This document shows positions 15,179 to 32,594 of a DNA stretch of 64,000 nt, in pieces (position 1 is the first letter of the stretch; every line of letters starts with the position of its first letter). The notes beneath the pieces were generated by a model. The model saw nothing but the letters and a program-made list of their open reading frames with translations. It was not told the origin of the DNA and searched no databases. Location: assembly GCF_009914755.1 (NCBI RefSeq), contig NC_060940.1, one strand, 5' to 3'. Source of the DNA: the human T2T-CHM13v2.0 reference genome, Homo sapiens. The translations under genes were made by a program, and so were the position numbers.

Positions 15179-15643
15179 TGTATGTTTCCCATGACTGCTA
15201 TAACAAATTATCACAAATGTGGTGGCTTAAAACAATTATTCTCTTAAAGTTTTAGAGACCTATTATCTGAAATCAGTATCACTAAACTGAAATCAGGGTG
15301 TCAGTAGGGTTACACTCCCTCTGGAAGCTCTAAGTGATAATCTGTTTCTTGCCTCTACCAGCTTCTGGTGGCTGCCACCCTTTCTTGACTTGTGGTCACA
15401 TACGTCTGATCTCTGTCTCTGAAGCTACATTTCCTTCTCCTTCTGTGTCAAATCTCCTTCTCATAAAGACACATGTGGATTACACTGAAGGCCCACTTGG
15501 ATTATCCAAGATAATCCCCTTATTCTAAGATCCTTAATGTAATCAAATCCACAACATCCTTTTCTGCCGCGTAGGGTGACATTCACAGATTCCAGACAGT
15601 AGGATGTGGATACATTTTGGGGGTCATTATTTAGCTTACCACA
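15179..15643 (-). mobile_element. MLT1B/C-like LTR (5' LTR of the truncated MaLR)
   Basis: TGTATG...CTGCTATAACAAATTATCACAAATGTGGTGGCTTAAAACAA...GGGGGTCATTATTTAGCTTACCACA. Confidence 0.85.
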
Positions 15644-16295
15644 TGCTTCCTCTCTTTTTCTGGTTTTGCCTTTTCCAACTCTGTACAGAGTTATCTCTCT
15701 AACCGGCCTCAGTGTGACATTCTGGAAACTTTAAAATTTAGCTGACTAAAATAATGTCATTTAGGATAATATATGACATTGAAATTTAAATTTTGTTCAA
15801 GGGGCTTTATTTACTCTTGTTAATAGTAACTTTTAAAATATAGAACCAGATGGTGATTCAACACACACCACATACAAATACACACACATCTGCCTGTTAG
15901 CATAATGTAAATCTTCCACTTATAATTTTACAAAAATCAGTTGAGGACATGCATTAATCTATAGTAAATCTGGCAGGAGTTCTTCAATACAAGATTTTAT
16001 ATGAAGATGGAAATATTTATTTAGTTTGAAATAAACCAAACCAATCTGTACAGAAGAAACAACATAGAATTTTACTATTCCATACAATTGAACATTATTA
16101 TGTTCAAATACTATAGAGGATAAAAAGTGAATTCCAGTATTTTTCCAATTCTTTTCCTTCTAAATAGTTGATGTACATTCTTAACCTATTTTAGCTATTA
16201 AATTGTTTTTCTCTATTATTCCAGGTTTCTCTTCATCTCTTTTGATCCACAGTCTGTACATCTGAGTCTTTTGTCCCATAATTTTTAACATGAAG

Positions 16296-16769
16296 TGTAT
16301 ACATTATTTTGTATTGCTGCTGTGAAAAATCATCACAAATGTAGTGGCTTTAAACAACCCAAATTTACACTCTTGCAGCTCTAGAGGTCAGAAATGTAAA
16401 ATGGGTTAGCAGGGCTGTGCTATTTCTGTGGTCTCAAGAGAGAATTCATTTTCTTGCCTTCTCTACCTTCCTGAAGCTTCCTGCATTTGTTGATTTATGG
16501 CCCCAACTTTCTTCCAGCAGCATAGCATCTTCCAATCTTTGTCTTTCTTTGCCCAACACATCACTTTTTTTCTGACTCTAATCCTCCCCCCTCTCTCTCT
16601 GTGATTACAATGGGCCCATGAGCATAATCCAGGTTAATCTCTCCATCCCAAGATCCTTAAATCAATCACATATGCAAAGTACCTTTTATCATGTGTGGTA
16701 ACATATTCATTGGTTCTGAGACTAGGATTAAAACATCTCTGGGGGTGGGGCACTATTCAGGCTATCACA
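16296..16769 (-). mobile_element. MLT1B/C-like solo LTR
   Basis: MLT1 motifs, TG...CA termini, approximate TSD TGAAG/TGGAG. Confidence 0.85.
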
Positions 16770-18284
16770 TGGAGTTTGCCAAAGTTCAAATCCATGTCTT
16801 TATTACTATTTGCAAAAAATCTTCAACGTTTGCTATCACTAATGGTCAAAACTGCATTGTTTGGTTTGTGTAATGAATAACTTTGAAGTGGAATCTGAGA
16901 CAAAAATTGGACCTTTCATTTGATAGAAGCATAGGCTCCATGACTCTCCTAGGGTAAGATAATTAAACATTCATCTTAATTGCAATACATTTCTGACTTC
17001 TGTTTTAGTACTGCATGGCCCAGAATGTGTGGGCTATTTATACCCTTTTTGTGGGCCATTTATACCCTTTTTGTGAGAAGCAGAGCAAATAAAAGGAGGG
17101 CAACATTTGGAGCAGAGGGACCCCTCTTGCCCTGGTTAAGTTAAGAAGAAATGAACGAGGAACTCAGGGCAAGACCAAGAGAGGTGATTCATCAACTGGC
17201 CTTCAACTAGAAAGGAGAAGATAATCCTTTCTAGTGGTGTAGTGGAATGAACATGACAGAGCTCCCAGGTATGCAATTCTTTTAGCAAGCTGGTAGTATT
17301 GGTCAACTCACTTCACCTGTCTGGGTGAAGAGGCGAGCTGAGCTCATCAACCTCTGAAATCTTAACCAGTAGTAACTCTGAAGGATTAGCCTTGACATAT
17401 ACTGATGTTGCCTCTCTTGCTTAATATTTTATACTCATGAAAATATTAGTTTGTAAGTACTGGGGAGAAATGTATTTTAACACCTAACAGAATTGCTCCT
17501 TCTGAGAAAGTGGTAGAGAGGGATTTATCAAAGTCATCTTGCTTGTAACAATAAGAAATGTCAGCAGAGGAAAAAAGTGAATAAAACAGTTAAGTATTTT
17601 GTAATCTGAGGCTGAAAGATGCTGCCTGAGTAGTGACGATTCATATTAAGGAAAAATTCTTCTCTTCCAAATCCCATCAGACAACATTACATGTTCTGCA
17701 CAGAGTTTTACTGCTTACATGACTACATTTAATGGAAAATACGCAATCACTGGAAAATGCTGAGTGACTTGGGGCTTGTGGAAGTGTGTTCTTTGGTGGC
17801 AGTGAGAAATAAAAAGCAGTGCTTTCAACTGTGAGGGGAAATCGCTTTAATATTGCCCAAGGTTCTAGAGTGTCATTGCACAGCATTTTAAATAAACATT
17901 TATTTGTTTCATTTTATTTATTCCTTCATTTAATCAATCAGCAAATATTTATTAAGTGGATAGGCCACACACTACATTGAATGTTAAACAAGATGTAATG
18001 AATTAGATATAAACCGTATCTTTTAGGAACTTACTGTCTGTCTGGAATAAATAGGTATAGCCACAACTAATGAGGAAACGAGGTATAAGGTATAATTTGC
18101 CACATGGACCATACAGAAGTATAGATTAAGTGAGTGTCCTCTGTAGTAAACAGCTAGAATTTGAATCCCAGCTATAGGATTCATCAGCTGTGTTACCTGA
18201 GTGAATTATTTAGATTATCTCTGTGTGTAGGGCTCAATAGTGTTGAATATGTTACATGTAAAGTACTTAAAATAATATCTGCCC

Positions 18285-18510
18285 CAAACTAGTCTATGTT
18301 CTTGGAAATCAGAATAATAGTTACCTTTGGGGATAGAAGAAGGAATATGATTTTTTAAAAAAGGAGCAACAAGAGATTTCTGAGATTTAGGTAATGTTCT
18401 GTTTCTTGCTCTGGATGCTAGTTACAGTGGTATGTTTTCTTTGTGAAAATTCAACAAGCTGTATACTTATATTGTTTTTACGTATATATTGTTTTTTAAA
18501 TTTAAAGAAG
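18285..18510 (+). mobile_element. L1M (L1ME-like) 3' end fragment
   Basis: AATCAGAATAATAGTTACCTTTGGGG...AATGTTCTGTTTCTTG...TTTGTGAAAATTCAACAAGCTGTATACTTA. Confidence 0.7.
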
Positions 18511-18591
18511 CTTTGAAAAGCAGTGCCTCCATCGTGGTATGTTCAAAACAAATATTTGTTATGCTCAAATGACAACTCTTAGAAACTCCAA

Positions 18592-18946
18592 GTGAAGCAG
18601 GGACGGTTCTTGGCTTCCCTCAGGAAGAAATTCAAGAGCAAGCTGGCGTAGAAAAAAACAGCTTTATTGAGGTGGGCAGCAGTGTTACAGCTCTGTGAGC
18701 TCCTGCAGAGCAAGGCTACTCCATAGGCAGTCATATTTATACCCTTTTATGGACATGTTAATTAAGGGGCTGGTTATTCAGAAAAAGCTAGAAAGTAGGC
18801 AGTAACTTCCAGGTGTTGCCATGGCAATGGCAAACTGTCATGGCGCTGGTGGACATTCCTTATAAAAACATACTTTCAGTTCCTCTTTCCAGTTTCTGCC
18901 AGTCTCCAATCTAGTCCCCAATCGAGTCTCACCTACCTCCTGCCTA
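18592..18946 (-). mobile_element. ERV1 MER4-group LTR (MER66-like)
   Basis: Minus strand carries CCACCAGCGCCATGACAGTTTGCCATTGCCATGGCAACACCTGGAAGTTAC and AATAAAGCT; shares core with MER41. Confidence 0.7.
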
Positions 18947-19265
18947 AAAATGAGGGGAACAATCACTTCCGACTGAGGCAATGGGCAATGATTTCAGGGA
19001 ATAGGCCACTTCAACCAAATTCTCAAGGTTAGTTGGATTATGTGTATACAAAAATAGGTGTGGAATTTCTACTTTTAAAAAGTATGCCATGTATTCAGGA
19101 AAGCATATTGATTCAGGGTGTCGACTGTGAAGTCAGATATCAGTCTGAATAGCAGAACTATTGTTACTAGAAAAGGGTCCTGCTCCAGACCTCAGGAGAG
19201 CATTCTTGAATTTCATGGAAGAAAGAATTTTGGGGTGAGTCCATAGAGTAAAGTGAAAGCAAGTT

Positions 19266-23534
<4,269 letters not shown>

Positions 23535-23652
23535 AGAAAGTAAAGAAACAAAAGAATGGCAACTCCATAAGCAGAGCAGCTTTGAAGGCTGTTGGTTGGC
23601 TATTTTTATGGGTATTTCATCATATGCTAAACAAGGGGTTATTTCATGAGTT

Positions 23653-23683
23653 TTCTGGGAAAGGGAATGAGGATTTCCCAGAA
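23653..23683. promoter_or_regulatory. Tandem GAS (STAT) motifs in MER41B
   Basis: TTCTGGGAA at 23653-23661 and TTCCCAGAA at 23675-23683, both TTCNNNGAA; activity not shown by sequence. Confidence 0.55.
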
Positions 23684-24053
23684 CTAAGGATTCACCTTCC
23701 TTTTAGACCATATAAAGGTAACTTCTGGACGTAGCCATGGCATTTGTAAACTGTCATGGCACTGGTGGGAGTCTTTTGGCATACCAATGCATTATAATTA
23801 GGTATAATATGCAATAATTAGTATGTAGTGAGGATGACTGGAGGTCACTTTCGTTGCCATCTTGGTTTTGGGGGGTTTCTGCAGCCTTCCTTACTGCATC
23901 CTGTTTTATCAGTGGGGTCTTTGTGACCTGTATCTTATCCTGTGACTAAGAATGCTAATGTCCTGGGAATGCAGCCCAGTAGGTCTCAGTCACATTTTAC
24001 CCAGCACCCACTCAAAATGGGAGTCAGTCTGGTTCTAATGCCTCTGACACTAT

Positions 24054-24200
24054 GGTTTAATATGTTTTTATGCAAACTACTCAAACTTTTTGAAGCAGTT
24101 TTCTCATCTGTAAAGTGGGGATGAATGTTCCTACTTCACTGGATTATTATGACATCTAAATAAAATAGCCTATGCAATGCCTTTGTCATTAGAGATAAGA
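24054..24200 (+). mobile_element. MIR SINE (host of MER41B; left part ~19100-19157)
   Basis: CAGTTTTCTCATCTGTAAAGTGGGGAT MIR core directly after the LTR TSD. Confidence 0.65.
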
Positions 24201-25219
24201 GCATTAGAAAAATTCAAGAAAAGTTGTGATGATAATGTAGTACAATGATACCTGAGCTGATAAATGTAGGTTTATATTGGGTATTGATAAATATCAGTTT
24301 CTCCTAAGGTGTAGCCTATAGATCTTATTTTTTTCATGAACTTTAAAGACATTAGATTATTCATTAGTACCAACAGACTTTAGAGATATTGAAGTGAAAA
24401 AAATATTGTGAGATTGTATGCTCATTTTTTCAATTTTTATTTCTAACAATCATTAACATTATATTTTGTGTTCTATTTTTATCTTCTCTGGTACTGTATT
24501 TATGAACTTCAATTTACTTAAAAAGTAGTAATTACTACTAATTTTCAATTTCCTTTGAAGTTTAAAATATTACAAAAAAGCATATACATATCTTGGTATG
24601 AAATTTTACTCAGCATCTCAAGCCCCAGTGCATTATTCATTACAAACAACAACAAAAAGCTAATGGGAAAAACAATTGGAATCCACTGAAGTTGAATTAT
24701 CAGGACATATTTAACAAGAGAGCATCTACCAGAACTACGGTATGATGATAGAAATACTGCATCTGTCATTCTTGATTTGTGTAAAAATCAGCATAAAGGA
24801 AATTTCAGTTAATTCATTTGGTCATTCATTCACCCAACGCTAGTCAGTGAATATCTGTTCACATTTGTGGCTCAGGCACTAAAGGTAACATGATATGGAT
24901 TACACGTACTTTCCCAGACTCCTCCAGCCAATACCTGCTCTTTGGAGGCACACTGACTTTTTTGTTATTCCAAGGTCTACTCACATGTTTGTGCAATTGT
25001 CTCTACTTGGAATGCCTTTGCTGTCTTTCTAATTAACCTTCTGCCTGTAGGTCTCCCTTCCCTTCTATTCAAATATAACCAGCATACCTGTTTTTCTACA
25101 CTGAGTATGTATGTTTCTTATTCTGCCTTTGCTCAACCCTACCTCTATGTACTCAGATTCATTGTCTAGACGTTTCTTTCCTGCCCCAATGCTCAGAAGT
25201 CTGATTCCAAGTGCTTCCC

Positions 25220-26470
25220 CCATTTCCCTACTCTTGCTTTATGTCATTTGTTTTGGCTAAGTCTATGGTACCCAGAAAAAAATCGCAAGTCGTGGGATGC
25301 AGGAGTCAGTGGGAGAGGAGGCCATTCCTTCCTGTGCTCTACCTATTTTAAGCTTTGTTCCTGGCATGGCTGTGTCCTTCGATGATCCCTTTCCTGTTAC
25401 ACAGCCTTTCCTCCATGGCTCCAGTTCACATTGTACTCCAGTAACTCTCTATTTCTTCTTGCTCTTTATGTAATGTCTTTTCTGTTTTTATTATTTTTTT
25501 AAATTTTATTTTATTTTGTTTTACATTCTGGGATACATGTACAGGATGTGCAGGTTCATTACATAGGTAAATGTGTGCTATGGTGGTTTGCTGCACCTAT
25601 CAACCCATCACCTAGGTGTTAAACCCCACGTGCATTAACTACTTATGCTTATCCTCTCCCTTCCCCCGTCCCCTGACCGACAGGCCTCAGTGTGTGTGTT
25701 GTTGCCCTCCCTGTGTCTATTTGTCCTCATTGTTGAGCTCCCACTTATAAGTGAGAACATGTAGTGTTTGGTTTTCTGTTCTGGTGTTAGTTTGCTAAAG
25801 ATAATGGCTTCCAGCTCCATCCATATCCCTGAGAAGGACATGATCTCGTTCCTTTTTATGGCTGCATAGTATTCCATGGTGTATATGTACCACATTTTCT
25901 TTATCCAATCTATCGTCGAGGGCATTTGGGTTGATTTCATGTCTTTGCTACTGTGAATAGTCTTGCAAGGAACACATGCATACATGTATCTTTGTAATAG
26001 AATGATTTATATTTCTTTGGGTATATACCCAGTAATGGGATTGCTGGGTCAAATGGTATTTCTGGTTCTAGGTCTTTGAGGAATTGCCACACCGTCTTCC
26101 ACAGTGGTCAGACTAATTTACATTCCTGCCAACAATGTAAAAGCATTCCTATTTCTCCCCAACCTCGCCATCATCTGTTGTTTCTTGACTTTTTAATAAT
26201 TGACATTCAGCCTGGTGTGAGATGGTATCTAATTGTGGTTTTGATTTGTATTTCTCTAATGATCAGTGATGTTGAGCTTTTTTTTTTAATATGTTTTTTG
26301 GTCGCATAAATATCTTCTTGCCCTTTTTGTCTTAGGGATGATAATGCATTGCTACTGTTGCTAGTCTTTGGGTGCCTCAGTATCCCTTAACTCTGTTCAC
26401 ATACATGTGTGTATTCCCTCTGCATGTGGTTTCTTGGGCTGGATCTTCTTTCCTGCTGAAGGTCTTATAC
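25220..26470 (+). mobile_element. Old ERVL LTR (LTR33-like) split by L1PA
   Basis: CCATGGCTCCAG...CCAGTAAC..., resuming TTAGGGATGATAATG...CTGTTGCTAGTC...TTTCCTGCTG. Confidence 0.45.
25468..26312 (-). mobile_element. L1PA (L1PA8-like) 3' end
   Basis: Antisense 3'UTR and ORF2 C-terminus (DWIKKMWYIYTMEYYAAIK); TSD TCTTCTTGC(T/C)CTTT at 25454-25467 and 26313-26326. Confidence 0.92.
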
Positions 26471-27440
26471 ATTATGTATGGTGTGTAACTTTGCTAAAAT
26501 TTTTAATCAAATTATAATAATCTTTTTAAACAAACATTTTTCTTTACAAGGATCTTCTGATTGTTAAGCATTTCTACTCTTTTTTAAAAAGAACAGTGCC
26601 TGCATGTAGTGGGATTAAATAAATGTTTTCTAAAATTTATAAATAAATACTATTTATACCTATCTATATGTTTTTTCCACAAATTTTATGTAACAATTGA
26701 GGAGTTTAAAGTCTACCAGATAATGTATAATACTATAGGATGAACAGTAAGTGCTTTGTAGAATATTCAATACCATACGATACTTAATACTAGAAGTATT
26801 AAGAGGAAACCAGAGTTATTACGAGACTTATTAGAAGTGTTGGAATTGGATTTTGAAAAAAAACTTTTTAGGTATAATTGATGACTTTGAAAGAGGTTGA
26901 GGTTGGTTGCTTTAGTTCCCTACTTTTAGAGGAACAAACAATAATCTGATATGTTCCACCAAAACGATTTTAGCAGAAAGGAAGTCTGAAATTATTTTAA
27001 TAGAGAAATGGTACAGGGCTGATTCATCCATTTTGGAAGTTAATGTCAGAGGTATAACTTGCATTTCATTATTTGTATAGCTTGAAAAATAAGTCCTAAA
27101 TAAAAGGTCCTTAACTATGAAGACACCTGCAAAGTTTATTTTGTCATGTAAGGTAATATATTCACAGATTTGTGGGATTAGGACATGGACATCATTGGGA
27201 ACTTGTTATTCTGTTTATCACAGAATTTCTTATGTACGGTGTTTTCTAATGAAAATGTTATTTTCATTAGAATAATTGGATCTCTCAACTACAAATACCA
27301 GAAATACATTAAGAATTTTCGAAACATATCATATGTCAAATTTTGGAACTCCCTATATGGAAATTTAATGGAGCTGGTATTCATCCAACATTTACCGAGT
27401 GCCAGAATGGGGCTGAGAAAAAAAATACACAACAAAATAA

Positions 27441-27785
<345 letters not shown>

Positions 27786-30319
27786 TAGTTGTCTTGTTTT
27801 ATAGGTGAGAAAGTTAGAAAGTAGATGTCAAATGAGTTGCTTATGTTCACGTCCATAGTAAGTGATATGACAGGAATTTGAGACCAAATTTGGTTTTAGA
27901 GTCAGTGATGTTTTAAGGGTACCACATAATTTTAACTCCTACCATTTTATACTAATGGATTATATATGGTCAGCAGGTATCAAATAATATCTAAGTTAGG
28001 GAACACCTGTTTTATTATATAGATTTAACATGTTTACGTTCAATATCAGTTTAAATTATAGTACAAATTAATAATATTAGTCAAAAGTTTACAAGTCAAA
28101 TTGACATACATTATGCAAGTGCATTTTAGGGATTTTAGCATTTACAAGACAAACATTGATCTACCCAAATCAATATCTACTTATTATTTTGAGGCTTTGC
28201 TGGAAGAATCTAAAAATTAAAGATTGCAGTCCTTTTCTGCAGACACTAAATATTACCAAAAATAAATGATTACAAATGTATCAAAGATTGCTAAGTGGGT
28301 TTGGAACCCTTGCTTCTTGGTAAGAATTTTTAAATTGGCATTTTTTCAGCCTCTGCTTAATACAGACATGTTTTTGCTCTAAATATAGTAAACATCCATT
28401 CCACTCTATCCAAAGGACTGAGAAGTGTTTCAAAGATAGCCCACAAAATATCACATTATTTTCTGAGTATAGTCTTTAAAAAAAAACTATCTTGCAATCA
28501 CTATTTACCATGATCAGTCAATATGTAGTCTTTGAGAAAAGAACATTAGCTTGTTGAACCATAATTCAAAATAAGTCACAATTTAATCTTATTTTAAAAA
28601 CACTCTAGTTAATTGTAATTAATGTTTGACAGTTTGAAAGACATCTGTTATATTAACATAATGGTCTTATTGCACATGAAATGCTGCACGTTAAAAACTC
28701 AGCAGAGTTGAATGAGTATTTTGCAAGGAAAAGAAGAAAATCCTTGATAAAAACATGTAGTTCTGTCTATTGTTTGCTAAACAAATAGGACTTTTTTTCT
28801 CTTAACACGATAATTAATGAAATATATCTATTTCTTTAGAAGGGAAATAAACTTCCTGCTGTTTTGTTACAAATTGATCATTCTAAAGACAGTTTGGTTC
28901 TATGTTTTACAGTTTGAAAGTCATTGCTATACTTTGTAATTTCATGAATTTACTCATTGCCAGCTGTGATTGTTAGAGGTCACTTAGACTCTTGGATTAT
29001 TCCATGCTATTTCAACAGTATTCTAAATAAACAAATAAATGAATGAAGCAAACTTCCTATACCAGATTTCAGAGATGATGCTAAACATCCTATATAAAGC
29101 CTCTTCCCCTCATCGAATCTAAGATGTCAATAGTGCCATGGATGACAAACCCTTTCTTAAATCTATAATAAAAATCAAAAAGAAGATTTTAAAACATCAA
29201 TATATCAATGCAGTAAGGAGTAACTCTGACATAAGAAATGTGTGGAGGCAAACTTTATAAATGCAAACAAATCTACATTATTCTCCTGTCTATTATCTAT
29301 AGATTTGTGTTTATAAAAAGTTGTTTTCAAATGTAGCCTTGTGACTCACCTTCCAAAGCAAAAACCTAGGAGTGACTAATTTGGCAAAGAATTTATTTCA
29401 CTAGGTGTTAATGTTTCTCCCTGTTTTAAAAAAATTGGGAACCTGAAATAAAGACACTAATTCGGTGTATTAAAATGATAAAAAATAGGGGAATAATTTT
29501 AAATTGGGACAATGTTAATACACAAAGGTGAACACTTACTAGAATTGGGCTGAATATTTTACTTAAGTTTCCTCTTAGGAAATTTAAAGAGGAACTCTTG
29601 GTAAGATGCAAGACTTTCGGGGTCCATAAATTTAATATTACCTATAGTTGATCCTACATTATTCAAGTGTTAATTAACACAGTGCCTGAAATGTAAAAGT
29701 CACAAATACATACGTGCTGAATTATCCAGTTTGCTGTAGACAGTGAGAAAAAAGTGGTTTGAAAATTCTGTGTAAAACTACAAGCCACTATTTAGAAGCA
29801 TGGCCCAAATATGCCACTTCTATGCTCATGCTTCCACCTTTCCCAGAAATTTCTTTCCCTACCTTCTGTGCTTGGCTACCTCCTACACATATCTATGTGT
29901 GCATGGGCACACATAGCACAAAACAGTCTGATAGGTAAACAAAAAATCAAACTCTTCGCTAGGCATAAGACATAGCTAACAGTTACTACATACTAGGCAC
30001 TGTTCTGGTGCTTAACATATTTTGATATGTTTATTTTTACAATAATCCTATGTTAAAAATGCTTTCACCATATGATGTAATATTCTCCGTCTTTTAAACA
30101 GTGTCCATAAAACATTCTTCTAGTACCCCCCAGAGTTGATAACTGTGGGATGGTTCTACTTGCTTGGAATACTGCTTTGTAAATATTATTGGTTGAATTT
30201 TAGTTCCTCCAAGGATCAGAGCAAAAGCCGTATCTTATAGAAAAAATATTTCCCTATTCTCCCAGTTCTGGGAGCTCTTCTCTTTACTCTTAAATAAATT
30301 TTATGAGAAAGATACTCAA

Positions 30320-30795
30320 TGTATCAGTTAACTTTATTTGTATAAAAAATCCACTCCCAAAGTTAATTGCTTAAAATGGAAACCATATATTAGCTTTTGT
30401 TTTTGTAGTTTGGCAATTTGAGCTGGGCTCAGCTAGATGGTCTTTTGGTCTTGGCTGAGTTTACTCATGCATCTGTGGCTCTGCTTTAGAGACTTGGCTG
30501 GCCCTTGGCTGCAGTGATGGGGAAAACTGGGCCATATGCCTCTTGTCATCCAGCAGGGTAGGCCAATTTATAGTGACTAGACAAGTTTCCAAGAGTGAGC
30601 TGATGCACTGACTCTGAACGGGCACGATGTTACCTATGTTGCATTCTACTTGTCAAAACAAGTCACATGGACAGCATGGATTCAAGGTGGGAAATAAAGT
30701 CTACTTCTTGGTAGGAGGAGCCATAGAATCACATTGCAAAGGGTCCTGTATACAGATAGGGGAATAATTGTAGCCATAGTTGCAACCAATCTGTT
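30320..30795 (-). mobile_element. Old MLT1 LTR
   Basis: TGTATCAGTTA...GCTTAAAA...GCTGGGCTCAGCTAGATGG...AAAACAAGTCACATGG. Confidence 0.7.
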
Positions 30796-32594
30796 CAGTC
30801 CACCAACATGTTGGATAATCTCCTTGAAGTTAAGCACATCATTTTGTACAGAGGGCCTGGAATATATTAAAGGTTAAATATAAGTTTTATGTCAGTGAAT
30901 GGTGATTTTTAATTGCATACTTTTCCTTTATTCTTGGTTAAAATGATTTAAAAAGGAATCCAAATCACAGCTAATTTCCTGGTTGACTGTAATCACTTTG
31001 GGTCTTAAATCAAAACTAGCCTGTTTCTAATAGTTAATAGCGTGATTTCTCATTCTCACAAGAAGTATAATTTAAAGGTGAGAATCCACCAATGCATGAT
31101 ACACTTGGAATTAATTTTTTTCAGTTTACATTTTTGTGGAGAAGTAGATAGCACTATACATCAAAGTTAGAAGCATCTACTTTTGGTCAATGACACTTCT
31201 AGTAACTAATCCAAAGGATGTTTTGTCTTAAAGTTACCAAAGACATGTTTAAAATGATGTCTGTAGTATTGTTGTTTATAATATATACTTCCCTTTAGTT
31301 TCATGCTAAAGTGTATACTTCTCTTACATATAAGTGAGATCATACAGTATTTATCTTTGTGTGTTTGTCTTATTGCACTCAATATAATGTTCTGTATGTT
31401 GTAGCAAATAATGAGATTTCCTTATTTTTTAAGACTGAACTGTCTGTGAACATATATATAGATCTCAATTTATTCATTCATCTGTCAATGGACACTTAAG
31501 TTGATTCCCTATCTTGGCTATTGTGAATAATGCTGCAACAAACATAGGATTGTAGACATTGTGCTTGAGAAGATGATTTCATATCCTTTGGATATATACT
31601 CAGTAGTGGCATTGCTGGATCATATGCTTGTTCTATTTTTAATTTTTTTAAAAAGCCCTGTAATGGCTGTACCAATTTACACTCCCAACAGTGTAAAAGA
31701 ATTCCTTTCTCTCTACATCCTCACCAACACTTATGTTTTGACATTTTCATAATAGCCATTCTAACAAGAGTGATGTGTTATCTCATTGTCATTTTGATTT
31801 ACATGTCCTGATGATTAGTGATGTTGAGCAGTTTTTCTTATGCCTTTTGTTCATATGTATGTCTTCTTTTGAGAAACATCTATTCAGATCCTTTGCTTAT
31901 TTTTAAATAAGGTTATGTGTTTTTGTGTTTTTGAGTGGTATGAATTCCTTATATATTTTAGATATTAACTCCTTATTAAATATATGTTTTACAAATATTT
32001 TCTCCCAATTTGTAGCTTGCCTTTTCATTTTGTTAATTATTTCCTTTGCTGTGTATACATTTTTAGTTTGATATAGTCCCAGTTGTTTATGTTTGCTTCT
32101 GTTGCCTGTTTTTGGTGTCATATCCAAAAAAATCATTGCCAAGATTTATGCGAAAGGATCTTTCTCTTAAGTTTTTCTATGTTTTCTCTTATGTTAGCTT
32201 CTAAGGAGTTTTATGGTTTTAGGTCTTACGTTTAAGTCTTTGATCTATTGTGAGTTGCTTTTTATGTATAGTGTGATGTAAAAATCCAATATCATTCTTC
32301 TGCATGTTGAGATCCAGATCAATATCATTTATTGAAAAGGTTGTCTTTTCCTTATTATGCATTCTTGGTGCCCTTGTGAAAGGGCTTATTTATCAAATAT
32401 GCATGGATTTATTTCTGGGCTCTCTGTTCTGCTGGTCTTTGTGTCCGTTTGTATGCCAATACATACTATTTCAATCAATATAACTTTATAATGTAGTTTG
32501 AAATAAAAAAGCATGATGCCTCCAGCTTTGTTAATCTTGTTCAGGATTACTTTGGCTACCTGTGGTCTTTTGTGGTACCATATGAATTTTATAC

